From IMG/VR virus record IMGVR_UViG_3300031251_000001, positions 1 through 64,000 of that record: a DNA stretch of 64,000 bases; one strand, 5' to 3'. Every line of letters begins with the position of its first letter. Within the stretch, counting starts at the first letter, position 1. This document shows positions 1 to 9,068 of the stretch, in pieces. A model generated the notes under the pieces. It worked only from the letters and a program-made list of their open reading frames with translations. It searched no databases and was not told the DNA's origin. The position numbers and the translations under genes are program-made.

Positions 1-470
1 TAGCCACCCATGGTGCAGGCCTGCCAGATGCGATCATCGTGGTCAAAGACTTGCTCCACGGAGGAGTATTCATCGAGATCCTTCTGTCGTGCGTCGCAGA
101 AGTAGTAAGCAACGACATCCCAGTAGGCCTCACCAATCTTCAATCGCAGCTGATACGACGCGAGATAGGCCTGCTGGGTGACCAGGTAGAGCCCAGTGGC
201 ATCAAACACCAGCTCGGAGCTGCCTCCCCGTCCCATCACGTAGACGCCACTCTCAGCGAAGCGAGCATTGACGCAGACGAGCTTGCTACCGTCGGGTGTC
301 TCTCGGGCAAAGTAAACGGTCGTAAAGGCTACCAGCACTTCCATCTGTTTCTTCGCGCGATCCCGCTTATTAGGGTTCGAGTCGATGAACCTGAGCGACA
401 TGGGGAGCACCGCGTTTTCGTAACGCCGTGCGTTCAATTCTTCCTGGCTGATGGACCGTGCAGTGATCAT
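1..470 (-). CDS. hypothetical protein (3' end runs off the window)
   Basis: Open frame from ATG at 470 (MITARSISQEELNARRYEN...) to the window edge, with a GGAGGAG Shine-Dalgarno just upstream. Absent from the ORF track because no stop codon lies in the window. Confidence 0.7.
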   Translation of the reverse strand, partial: MITARSISQEELNARRYENAVLPMSLRFIDSNPNKRDRAKKQMEVLVAFTTVYFARETPDGSKLVCVNARFAESGVYVMGRGGSSELVFDATGLYLVTQQAYLASYQLRLKIGEAYWDVVAYYFCDARQKDLDEYSSVEQVFDHDDRIWQACTMGG

Positions 471-484
471 GGCTCCTCCTGGGG

Positions 485-500
485 CAAAATACGTATTTTG
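485..500. promoter_or_regulatory. 16-bp palindrome CAAAATACGTATTTTG, copy 1 (putative operator)
   Basis: Exact palindrome, intergenic, 14 nt upstream of the ATG at 470. Confidence 0.75.
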
Positions 501-502
501 GG

Positions 503-667
503 TTAAGGGTTCAGAAGATCGATGATTGGTTTGGCCTTCGGCTTGGGTGGCGACGGCTTCGGTGGCGGCAACTGGGATGTCGGCTCGTCCTCGGTGGTGT
601 CGGCCGCGATCTTGACTGCCAGTTCCAGGTCCTCATCAGTCCTGGCTACACCATGATCGCTGCCCAT
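503..667 (-). CDS. small Pro-rich hypothetical protein (54 aa)
   Basis: Manual translation MGSDHGVARTDEDLELAVKIAADTTEDEPTSQLPPPKPSPPKPKAKPIIDLLNP*; fills the gap between flanking minus-strand genes. Confidence 0.45.
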   Translation of the reverse strand: MGSDHGVARTDEDLELAVKIAADTTEDEPTSQLPPPKPSPPKPKAKPIIDLLNP

Positions 668-1722
668 GCCAGTCTCCAGAACTCATTGAAGGTATGCTCC
701 TGCTTCACCCGCAGCTTATCAGCTGTCTCGACTCGATCCCAGAGCGTCTGAGGCTTCTCGGCACAGCGATACCAGCCATCGAGGAAACTGGAAGCATTGA
801 AGGAGGCACGTTCCACGCCGCAAGGCTCAGGAAGCATGGGCATATCGACCAGGTGGCCACTGATGCCGTGCTGTATGATCTCCTTGATGGGATCGATGTT
901 GATGGCCAGGAGCGGCATTCGCATGGACCGGCACATGGCAGGATAGAAACCGAAGCTGGTGCGGCAAGAAGGATAGACCGCGATGTCCCGATCGCGTAGC
1001 CAGACCACGAGATCCTGAATGAACATGGGTGCATGCGTCTGGAAACGACCAGCATGCTGGATCTGCATATCGCGCACGAGCGTACGACAGCGCTTGGGCA
1101 GTGAACAGGTGAGGTAGCAGTCGACGATGTGGTTGTCGGTGTTGTTGAGGAACTGATTGACCGTGTGGAACCACTGTTCGGGGAACTCACGCAGGCAACC
1201 TGAGTCACAGATGGCTGCGAATCGGAGTGGGGAGCTGATCGGGGCCGGGAAGGAGCTGTCTCCGGAGGCCCACGAGAGCTTGGTCGTGGTCACTTCACCG
1301 TTGACGGTGGATAAGAAGCTGGCACCCGAGGCCAGGCGGTGCACCGCAGCTGAGGGGCAGATGACACGGTGAACACAGCTCCACACTTCGGCCTCGGATC
1401 GCTGAATCTCGTAAGGCGAGATAACCATGTCAAGGAACGTGGTCTTGTTGGTGAGGTCGGTGCGAGGCAGGTAGAACCAATTGTGGTAGGGGACGTAGCC
1501 AAAGGCCACGATGTGCTTAAACTTGGCCGGTGCCAGCTTCTGCAGCTTGTGGGCACACTTACGCGAGATAGATTTGGTGTCCCAGTAGCGATGGATGCCC
1601 TGACCTTTGGTGCCGGAGACCAGGTAGTAGACATCAACGCCGCAAGCGAGAGCCAGATCGGCTACTCGCAAAGCTGCCAGGGTTGTTTCGGAGCGGTCGT
1701 AGGGGGCAAGAATAGCTAGCAT
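646..1722 (-). CDS. GT-B fold (GT4/Glycos_transf_1-like) glycosyltransferase, degenerate catalytic motif
   Basis: C-terminal DIAVYPSCRTSFGFYPAMCRSMRMPLLAINIDPIKEIIQHGISGHLVD parallels the GT4 D..v.PS..E.FG....EAma.g.Pvv......Eii..g..G.lv signature, but both Glu are replaced. Confidence 0.65.
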   Translation of the reverse strand: MLAILAPYDRSETTLAALRVADLALACGVDVYYLVSGTKGQGIHRYWDTKSISRKCAHKLQKLAPAKFKHIVAFGYVPYHNWFYLPRTDLTNKTTFLDMVISPYEIQRSEAEVWSCVHRVICPSAAVHRLASGASFLSTVNGEVTTTKLSWASGDSSFPAPISSPLRFAAICDSGCLREFPEQWFHTVNQFLNNTDNHIVDCYLTCSLPKRCRTLVRDMQIQHAGRFQTHAPMFIQDLVVWLRDRDIAVYPSCRTSFGFYPAMCRSMRMPLLAINIDPIKEIIQHGISGHLVDMPMLPEPCGVERASFNASSFLDGWYRCAEKPQTLWDRVETADKLRVKQEHTFNEFWRLAWAAIMV

Positions 1723-1755
1723 GCCTGCCCATCTTACCGTGCAACTCTTCGCTGT

Positions 1756-1977
1756 CTAGTCCGGCACGGCCATCCAGTCTTTGGCGAGGATATCCTCGTT
1801 GGTCAGCGTGTAGGGCATGGGGCCGATAAAGCCGGTCTGCAGGTAGAGGTAGGGAGCCTGCATCTTGGAGTGGGCGTCAGGGATCTGGAGAGCCAACCAC
1901 ATCTGGTGAGGCAGCCAGGCACGACGCCTGACATGAAGACCAGCCTTGACTGCCTCAATTGCGCCGCCGATACCCAT
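1756..1977 (-). CDS. DUF2829 / Thoeris anti-defense 2 (Tad2)-like protein
   Basis: 73 aa; M.IG.AIEAVKAG..VRR.AW ... PY.Y ... PY.....DILA.DW pattern typical of DUF2829. Confidence 0.7.
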   Translation of the reverse strand: MGIGGAIEAVKAGLHVRRRAWLPHQMWLALQIPDAHSKMQAPYLYLQTGFIGPMPYTLTNEDILAKDWMAVPD

Positions 1978-1988
1978 AGAGAGGTCTC

Positions 1989-3962
1989 CTACTGCTGTGG
2001 CTGCTGGCCGCCCCCTTGCTGGAGCTGCTGCATGGCCTGGTTGCCGGCATCTGATTTGATTTGTCGCTTGGCCTTGTCCATCTTCGACATGACGATCTCA
2101 TGCAGGAAGGAATTAAACCGCCTCAGCTTCGCCAGTTCCGACCCCTTGGTCGGTTCAGGCGTTGTTACCAGTTGGGTCGCCAGGCTGTCAGCCAGGGCCT
2201 GCAGCTGCTGAGGATCGTCAGGCACTTTACCGCTGGTCTGCATCATGTACGAGGTTACTGGGGTCGGGGAGGCTCCGCCCGTCATGCCGCCGCCCATCGC
2301 ACCAGAGGGGTCGCCACCGCCCGCAGGAGCTCCACCGCCGCCTTGGGCTCCTCCGCCACCCTGCCCGCCGCCCTGGGCTCCCTGCATGCCCTGCATGGCC
2401 GATGCGGTAGAACCAGGCTGTAATTGAGCAGAAAGGCCCCTTTGTTCCATCTTCTTTTGAGAGTCGGCCTGAATGTCTGCCATTTCGACAGCTTCTTCGG
2501 CCATGTTCTCCTGTTCCTGCCGCCAATCCATATCGACTTCGCGGAAGGCCTTGCGACCGCTGACCTGCTGACCTGAGTACATCTGCAGGATGAGCTGACG
2601 CTTGGTTTCGTCGTCGACGATCGTGACTGGCTTGTAGTAGATCGAGTCGGGTGTCTCGGCGTTCGTTTCTTTGCAGACTCGCTTAGTGGCCCAACGCAGA
2701 AAGCTGTTGTGGTTGAGCACGATCGGCTTATTGGTCGATTCAAACAGACGGATGGCAATAGGCATCGCCTGCAGCTGCAGGGAGCCACGCCAGAGATCGG
2801 CCGGCACATCGATCTCATCGAGAAGGGCTGACTCGCCATACTCCAGGAGATCCTTGGGGGCGAGCTGCTGCGCACCGCCACCCATGAGCTGCATCTGCAG
2901 CGGGGTAGGAGCGATCTGGATGGAGGCCGGGTCACGCTTCCACTTCACCAGCATGCGGGTCATGTCGGCCACGATGTTCTGACCAGGCACGACAGAGAAG
3001 ATGCTGTCACCGCCTGTCGCACCGGGGATGCCGCTCTGCTGCGTCGGCGAGAGCACACGCATGGGGACCACGAAGTCCATACCGATGGCTTCGTTCTGCT
3101 TGCGGAGCACCTGCACATTCAGGATCGACTGGAGATTACCGAGGACACGGGGAATACCCCAACCCAGGTTCTCGATGCCACCCAGGGTGGGCGAGTGCAT
3201 GTGGAAGATGGCATTGTCGTGGAACTTGAATTGCGTGTTGAGCTGGATGGTCTTGAGCACTTCCTTGGGAACATTCTCCAGGAGGTGCAGGCCGTACTTG
3301 GGCTTCCAGCCACGGATCTGATTCTTGTAGCTTTCGGGGATACGCCAGATGTAGTGGCGTTTGCAACTGTAAGGATCGAAGAGAATATCGATCTCGTGCG
3401 GAGACCAGCGCTTGAGCTGGAGTGATTCTTTACGATCATCCTTCTTATCGTCGATGTCGTTCTTGGTCTTCTGCTTGCAGTGCGGGCAGATGGAGTAGAA
3501 CTCAGGGAAGCGGAACTCGAAGCCAGCCTCATAGAAGGCATTGGAGAGGATACGACGAAAGCCGCAGATCCTCTTACGTTCGCCGTCAGGGCTCCTACCG
3601 GTGCACACCAGGAAACGATTGAACGGCACCATGAGCGTACAGAAGGCATTGCCGTAGCAATGCTCATCCATCGACAGAGCACCCGTCATCTCGCTGATGC
3701 GCAGGTGCTCACGCATATAGGTGCCGAGCTGCTGACCTTCTTTATCCGAGTAACCTTTGCCTTCGTAGACCGGGTCGGTGAGAAAGTATTTGATCTTCCG
3801 GCCCAAGCCGTTGGTGTAACGGCCGTAAAACATGAAGATCCGCTCCGCGTAGAGCATCAGTTCCCTGATGCTCATCGGGGCAAGCGTATTGCCCAGCGTG
3901 CGGAACGGGTCGGCGAATCGAACGTGCGTGGAACTCATTTCCGACGACTGTATCGGGATCAT
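1989..3962 (-). CDS. phage portal protein (Cys-rich insertion; Gly/Gln-rich C-terminus)
   Basis: 657 aa; D...YGNAF, FHM..P......GWG.P and NEAI.MD...P.R segments typical of large-phage portals; CPHC zinc-finger-like insertion. Confidence 0.7.
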   Translation of the reverse strand: MIPIQSSEMSSTHVRFADPFRTLGNTLAPMSIRELMLYAERIFMFYGRYTNGLGRKIKYFLTDPVYEGKGYSDKEGQQLGTYMREHLRISEMTGALSMDEHCYGNAFCTLMVPFNRFLVCTGRSPDGERKRICGFRRILSNAFYEAGFEFRFPEFYSICPHCKQKTKNDIDDKKDDRKESLQLKRWSPHEIDILFDPYSCKRHYIWRIPESYKNQIRGWKPKYGLHLLENVPKEVLKTIQLNTQFKFHDNAIFHMHSPTLGGIENLGWGIPRVLGNLQSILNVQVLRKQNEAIGMDFVVPMRVLSPTQQSGIPGATGGDSIFSVVPGQNIVADMTRMLVKWKRDPASIQIAPTPLQMQLMGGGAQQLAPKDLLEYGESALLDEIDVPADLWRGSLQLQAMPIAIRLFESTNKPIVLNHNSFLRWATKRVCKETNAETPDSIYYKPVTIVDDETKRQLILQMYSGQQVSGRKAFREVDMDWRQEQENMAEEAVEMADIQADSQKKMEQRGLSAQLQPGSTASAMQGMQGAQGGGQGGGGAQGGGGAPAGGGDPSGAMGGGMTGGASPTPVTSYMMQTSGKVPDDPQQLQALADSLATQLVTTPEPTKGSELAKLRRFNSFLHEIVMSKMDKAKRQIKSDAGNQAMQQLQQGGGQQPQQ

Positions 3963-3986
3963 GTCGCATCCTGCGGCAAGAGTAAC

Positions 3987-4170
3987 TTACTTACGCGGTG
4001 CGGTCACCCGAGTCATCGTTTTGCCGAACAGATCATCCTGATCGTGTTCGTCGGAGCCGGTCTTGCGACCAGGCTCCGGATCAAACTTGATGCGATCATT
4101 GTCCATGACCGCGATCTTTTTGCGTGGTGGGAGCTGATCAACCGGCTGCTGGTTGTCCTTGCTCATCATC
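3987..4170 (-). CDS. small hypothetical protein
   Basis: MMSKDNQQ... start after a GGAGAAG SD, between 4138..5076 and the portal gene. Confidence 0.45.
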
Positions 4171-5076
4171 TTCTCCTTCGCCAGCGGGAGGCACATACGG
4201 GAACAGCACCACGTCAAGTGGGCCGATACTGAATTGTAACCCTATGTGCTTGACAAGCAAAGGCTCACTCTTACTCTTGCCGTTCGAGACGACCATCTGA
4301 ATCGCGTTATCGGACTGATCAGGAAACACTCGTGGTGTGGCTGAATCGCGAACGTCTAATGCCAGCACTACGAAGCCGTCCAGCACCTCAGCATGGTGAT
4401 AACGACCCTGCGTCGTGAAGCCACCCATCTTGTACTGGCAGAGGAAAGCAGGGGGCAATACCTCACCGTGGTTATTGCACCAGGGTACAGCTGCTGAAGG
4501 CTCATCACGATCGGTAGGTTCAGGGTCTACGCTCCCTTCTGCCTGCTTCAGCTGAGCATGCACCAACTGCTCGAACATCTCCTCCATCCGGGTCATGCGG
4601 GCATCCAGCTCGGGATGCAAGTCGTAGGCCGAGTCGGGTGGATTGTCGTCGAACTCTTCGTCAGGCGGCGGTGGTGGTGCCGGCCTGGCCGCGGGGCGGG
4701 CCTGGGGCTGCCGGGTCACGGGCCGAGCAGCTGCCGTCTTGGTCAGGGGGCGGGGAGCACGAGCCGAGTTCTGTGGTGTAGCGTTCAAGTCTTCCTCCTT
4801 GAGATTTTCGATGCCGCCCAACCAACGGTTATCTCCCGTGGTCTTCTGCAACCTGGCCGCATCGTCGTAAGTGATGGCAACGGGATCTTTGACACGTTCA
4901 CCGTCGACCGACTTGATCGCCAGGGTTCGTTTGCCGATGTCCTGGAACCTGACCCGATCAGGGCGGACATTGGTCTTCGAGGTGTTGACCTTAATCACGC
5001 GACCTCTGGATGCCTTGCGGGCACCGTCAAGAGTGTCCAGGCCTGTCTGATTGTACTCAACGTCATCCATGATCAA
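4138..5076 (-). CDS. hypothetical protein with Pro/Ala-rich linker
   Basis: 312-aa ORF co-oriented with its neighbours; contains KTA/KQA motifs. Confidence 0.7.
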   Translation of the reverse strand: MIMDDVEYNQTGLDTLDGARKASRGRVIKVNTSKTNVRPDRVRFQDIGKRTLAIKSVDGERVKDPVAITYDDAARLQKTTGDNRWLGGIENLKEEDLNATPQNSARAPRPLTKTAAARPVTRQPQARPAARPAPPPPPDEEFDDNPPDSAYDLHPELDARMTRMEEMFEQLVHAQLKQAEGSVDPEPTDRDEPSAAVPWCNNHGEVLPPAFLCQYKMGGFTTQGRYHHAEVLDGFVVLALDVRDSATPRVFPDQSDNAIQMVVSNGKSKSEPLLVKHIGLQFSIGPLDVVLFPYVPPAGEGEDDEQGQPAAG

Positions 5077-5166
5077 CCCGTAGATACCGACCTAATTAGT
5101 TGTGCCACCGCGCAACCACCAGGGTTGCACTTACTGGCTGTAGGCCTGTCGGAGACCTCCGAAGCT

Positions 5167-5192
5167 AAAGAAAACCCCGGTCGTTACCGGGG
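5167..5192 (-). terminator. intrinsic terminator
   Basis: Minus strand CCCCGGT-AACG-ACCGGGG followed by TTTTCTTT, downstream of 5245..6411; a second 11-bp hairpin lies at 5210..5234. Confidence 0.7.
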
Positions 5193-5244
5193 CATCTTAA
5201 CACAATAGTGGGCGATGACAATATGTCATCGCCCGGACTTGGGG

Positions 5245-6411
5245 TTAGACTTCGACTTCCACATCGATCATCATACGCCCCAGCCAACGCTGACCCAGCA
5301 GGGCCGTCGTCTTCAGGGGAGTAAAGAGATAGCTGAAGGTATCGTCGTCTGCGGTGTTAGCGACACCGCTCAGATCGTAGACCAGACTGTCCAGCAGCTG
5401 CTCCTTCGTGACAGCATAGGCTGCCAGCTTACTGCTGCTCAGAAGCCGAGCCGAATCATAGGGCACCGCCATGTGCCCGTCGTTGGAGTAGTTGAAGATC
5501 TCGTTGGCGAAGTAGAGCGAATTGATCGCGTCTACCATCCCAGGGAAGTGGGAGTCGAGCTCTGCCGTGCGGGCAGCCTGACAGTTGGCGTACTTGCCGC
5601 CGACCGACCACTCATCCCGTGGGAACATGGTGAACAGCTCTTGACCCGCTGTTACCGTGGCCCCGTGCTCGACGTGGATGCTGCTGATCGCCAGCAACAC
5701 CTGGTATCGCAACGGCGCCGAGATCTGCTCAACCGGCGTCACCTCAATGATGGTGCAGCCATCCACCTCGGACAGGGAGATTACCCCATCGAACGGGGTG
5801 TAATACTTCCTGCCGAACCGGAAGGCCCGATAGAGATCGGTGACGTCGGCTGCAGCCAAGTCCGCCACCAGCTGCCTCTTATCGTTGTCCGTAGGGGCCA
5901 CCAGGGCGGTGGTCATCAGGACAGGCAGCTGGAGATACTGGATGTCCATCGGGGCTACGCTCTCCGGAAGCGACCCGATCGCGTCCTGCCACTTCTTCTG
6001 GAAGACCACGGCAGCTGCCGTCATGTTCCAGTTGAGCTTGGAAGCGATGGTGGCAACCCGTTGCCCGACGTCGCAATGCCGCATCTGCTCCATCAGATCG
6101 CGATCAAACTTGATCCCGATGCGATGGCCGTTGTTGCTGATCTTATCAACACCACGGCCCAGCAGCGTACGGCTCTGGAAGTCCTGCAGGAAATACCAGC
6201 GCGTGTGCTTCTGCTGGCAGAGGAAGTGCCCACTGGCGAACTCCAACCCTGCGGGTTCCACCGTCATTGCTGATCCCAGCAGATGACGAGCCCCGAGCTT
6301 CTTCGGGGAGAATTGTTTGTTGTGTCGTGACAACTCACGAGTGGCCACCGTTTCGGGCCGTGCAGCGAAGGTCTTCAGAGCCTCGCCGGCTTTCTGATCG
6401 ATCGTAACCAT
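5245..6411 (-). CDS. hypothetical protein (contains a sandwich-barrel-hybrid-like V.HG..V.AG..L segment)
   Basis: ~388-aa ORF with an AAGGAG SD, its own promoter motif upstream and a terminator downstream. Confidence 0.7.
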   Translation of the reverse strand: MVTIDQKAGEALKTFAARPETVATRELSRHNKQFSPKKLGARHLLGSAMTVEPAGLEFASGHFLCQQKHTRWYFLQDFQSRTLLGRGVDKISNNGHRIGIKFDRDLMEQMRHCDVGQRVATIASKLNWNMTAAAVVFQKKWQDAIGSLPESVAPMDIQYLQLPVLMTTALVAPTDNDKRQLVADLAAADVTDLYRAFRFGRKYYTPFDGVISLSEVDGCTIIEVTPVEQISAPLRYQVLLAISSIHVEHGATVTAGQELFTMFPRDEWSVGGKYANCQAARTAELDSHFPGMVDAINSLYFANEIFNYSNDGHMAVPYDSARLLSSSKLAAYAVTKEQLLDSLVYDLSGVANTADDDTFSYLFTPLKTTALLGQRWLGRMMIDVEVEV

Positions 6412-6490
6412 ATTCAAACTCCTTGATAGAACAGAACTGCATGGATAGGCGCAGCTTCGTTCACGCCCTCACGATAGTAAGGGGCGTGAT

Positions 6491-6530
6491 CCGTTCATGT
6501 GTTATGACGCAGATGTGACGCTAGTTTAGC
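6491..6530 (-). promoter_or_regulatory. putative phage promoter GCTAAA-N15-CGTCATAA (copy 1)
   Basis: 31/40 identical to 47324..47363; sigma28-like TAAA-N15-..ATAA geometry; intergenic and upstream of a gene. Confidence 0.6.
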
Positions 6531-6533
6531 GAC

Positions 6534-7106
6534 CTACGGAGTGTGTTTGCGTGGCTTACTCTTACGTGGTTCACGCATCACCGGGATAGCGGCAGGAGCG
6601 TTGGCGGGGACAAGCAAGTAGTCCGAGTCGATGAAGCTGTCGTCGTTGGGGTGTGCCTGGCGTGCTACCAGGCCGCTGGCGCTAGCCTTGACGATCGACT
6701 TGGCATCGAGATCCTCAATGGTGACCTGGCCGTCCCCGGAAAGCATGTTGAGGGGACGTCCCACGAAAGGCATGACGAAGAAGAGATCGTTTCCTTTGAG
6801 CATGGCGGTGACGCTCTCGGCCAGGGCCTCCAGCGTCTGGAAGCCGCGGCAGCCACAGCTGATGGTGCTGAGGTCCAGGTAGAAGTACCAGTAGGGTGTC
6901 GATGGCTTGCTGACGCTGAGATCACTGGGCTCTTTGAGAAAGCCCTTCCACAGGGCGTCCACCACCGGAGGATCTTTAAGCAGCAAGGGAGCGACAACAG
7001 GGTCGAGGCTCTGCAGCATGGCAGCCCAGCGCTGCGACTGGCTGAGAGGCTTACCAACGGACGGCGGGGAACTCTCCACGTTCTCGGGCACTTTTGATCT
7101 CCTCAA
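6534..7106 (-). CDS. hypothetical protein
   Basis: 190-aa ORF in a tightly packed minus-strand run. Confidence 0.6.
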   Translation of the reverse strand: MRRSKVPENVESSPPSVGKPLSQSQRWAAMLQSLDPVVAPLLLKDPPVVDALWKGFLKEPSDLSVSKPSTPYWYFYLDLSTISCGCRGFQTLEALAESVTAMLKGNDLFFVMPFVGRPLNMLSGDGQVTIEDLDAKSIVKASASGLVARQAHPNDDSFIDSDYLLVPANAPAAIPVMREPRKSKPRKHTP

Positions 7107-7842
7107 TCGATTTGATCACACGGCGCTGGTCGGGAGCGGTCAGCTCATCCATGCGTTTGGTGACAGGTTGTTGGAACGGCACGTCAGGCACGTTGTAAGT
7201 GGTGTTGTCTTCAATGAGCGACATGGGGTCAGGGTGGCCTGCTACCACGGCGACCCCGAACTTAACGAACTTGGGGTCGGGATGGGCACGGATGGCGTGC
7301 AGCATCCCGTCGATGTTGCGACGAGCGATGAACTGTCCTTTGGTGGAGTTGACGGCAATCACCGATAGCTTGATAGCCCCTGGTCCCCCTGTCTGCGGGT
7401 CGGGAATGGTGAACTCCTGCTGCATGAACTTGTGGTAGTGACCGGTCACCTTATCCAGGAGGCCCACTGAGCACAGGAAGTCCAGCGTCTCCTTCCAGAA
7501 GTATTGCCGCACCGCGTAGAAGGTGTAGTTCCACTTGGGATCATTGCCGATGTCCAGGTACTTGAAGAAAGCCCTGGGCGTGGAATACTGGTACAGGCGA
7601 AACTTGGAATCAGACACCGAGGCCAAGTCGTGAAGGTAGGCGTCGTTAAACGTCTGGATCTTCATCGGAATGGCCAGGGTGAAGAAGGCAAAATCCTTGG
7701 CGATCGACGCCAACGACGTAAAGACACCGCTGGCGGCGACGAGGGGATAACGTGGAAAGGGTGAACGAGGATCAGCCAGTTGCTCTCCCTCGTGCACGCC
7801 CGGTGGCAACCACAGTTTTCCCCGCTCCGGATTAACTGGCAC
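7051..7842 (-). CDS. hypothetical protein
   Basis: 263-aa ORF overlapping both neighbours. Confidence 0.7.
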   Translation of the reverse strand: MPVNPERGKLWLPPGVHEGEQLADPRSPFPRYPLVAASGVFTSLASIAKDFAFFTLAIPMKIQTFNDAYLHDLASVSDSKFRLYQYSTPRAFFKYLDIGNDPKWNYTFYAVRQYFWKETLDFLCSVGLLDKVTGHYHKFMQQEFTIPDPQTGGPGAIKLSVIAVNSTKGQFIARRNIDGMLHAIRAHPDPKFVKFGVAVVAGHPDPMSLIEDNTTYNVPDVPFQQPVTKRMDELTAPDQRRVIKSIEEIKSARERGEFPAVRW

Positions 7843-8392
7843 TCTTGATCTCCTGGCCGACGAGACGCAGCTGCAAGCAGAGACTCAGGATAGTGCTCGT
7901 CTCGAAATCGATGTCGGTGCCGATGTTTTCCCAGCCCTCCGGGAAGTTGGTGAACCCGTTCTCCTTGAGGAGCTGCAGCATGCTGTGTTCACCTCGGTTG
8001 AGGATCTTGGGCAGGCTGATGGAGTGCTCCGGAGCGGCAACATAGAACGGTAAGGTGTAGGGGAACTTACCGTCCGCGTCAGGGCGAAGCGACCGTAGCC
8101 ACAGGTGGTGGATGATCCGCTGGGGCTCGAAGCCAACGAACTTCACTGGTTCATCCGGTGCCCACAGCCCTGAGCAGTTGAAGATCGGCTTCTGAACATT
8201 AAGCCAGCGCAGGGCCTTGAACGTGGCAGTTGCCTTTTCGTCAGTGGCGAACTTCACCGGGTTGTTGCCGTTGACGTCGATGATGCCGATCTCAGCAAGC
8301 TCACGAGGCTCCGTCTCCGTCCACTTCGCTGCTAGTAAATAGAGGTGTGTCTTGATTGGCACGGAAGAGTAACTCCTGGTTCTTATAGCCAT
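7832..8392 (-). CDS. hypothetical protein
   Basis: ORF between the resolvase and 7051..7842; start uncertain. Confidence 0.55.
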   Translation of the reverse strand: MAIRTRSYSSVPIKTHLYLLAAKWTETEPRELAEIGIIDVNGNNPVKFATDEKATATFKALRWLNVQKPIFNCSGLWAPDEPVKFVGFEPQRIIHHLWLRSLRPDADGKFPYTLPFYVAAPEHSISLPKILNRGEHSMLQLLKENGFTNFPEGWENIGTDIDFETSTILSLCLQLRLVGQEIKSAS

Positions 8393-9068
8393 AGACGGCA
8401 ATGAGGGCCGACTCGGCACGATTGTGATCTTTCACCCGTTCAAAATCAACTGCATTATCTTTGAACATGGCGATCGCGGCACGGCGTGCGGCGTTCTTGT
8501 CCCTGCTGATCAGGCCCATGTACTTCTTCCACATCTTGGCGGTCACGTAGGCAAACTTGAACCAACCATGCGTGTAGAGAACCATCGGCCACATGGCATT
8601 GGCGATGCCTACCGCAACACCAGAGTAAGGGCTGAGGCCGAACTGCCGTTTGCAGGCCCGACAGGCACCGCCACCGGGTCGGAACAACGTCACGACCACT
8701 TTCTCAATCGTGATGTGGATGTTGTTAGGATCATCGGTGGTTAAGCTAAGCAATTGAAAGAAGCGAGCCAACTCGTCGTACTTGTACTCGCTGCGAGTGG
8801 TCGTACGTTTGACCTTCTTCTTCTGCTTGGCCTTGAGGGCTCCAGCACGACGCAGTTTGAGGTGCTGTGTGTTGACCATCTTCTCGGCTTTGTTCGTCGG
8901 GATATCGAACACCTTGAAGTGGAACTTGCCGCTGGGATTGACCAGCATGACGCTAATCGCCCCCTCGATACCAGGATCGATACCAATGTAAATACGCTGC
9001 CCGGGGTGATAGTGGGCTAGAAACGACTCCAGCTCTTTGTCGATCGGAGGGATGATCTTCTTGGCCAT
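8301..9068 (-). CDS. RuvC-like Holliday junction resolvase
   Basis: IYIGIDPG (catalytic D), ITIEKV (E), WKK..GL...K..AR..A...F and DHNRAESALIA motifs. Confidence 0.8.
   Translation of the reverse strand: MAKKIIPPIDKELESFLAHYHPGQRIYIGIDPGIEGAISVMLVNPSGKFHFKVFDIPTNKAEKMVNTQHLKLRRAGALKAKQKKKVKRTTTRSEYKYDELARFFQLLSLTTDDPNNIHITIEKVVVTLFRPGGGACRACKRQFGLSPYSGVAVGIANAMWPMVLYTHGWFKFAYVTAKMWKKYMGLISRDKNAARRAAIAMFKDNAVDFERVKDHNRAESALIAVYGYKNQELLFRANQDTPLFTSSEVDGDGAS

Noticed and set aside
5215-6273. Long antisense ORFs (also 17701..18558, 19855..20865, 24012..25244, 37077..37943, 52503..53447)
   Set aside because: They lie opposite well-supported genes and have no recognisable motifs. Such ORFs are expected from GC-rich codon bias.
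5245-6411. RNA polymerase beta/beta' subunit
   Set aside because: Only a short sandwich-barrel-hybrid-like segment is similar; no DxDGD or other catalytic RNAP motifs.
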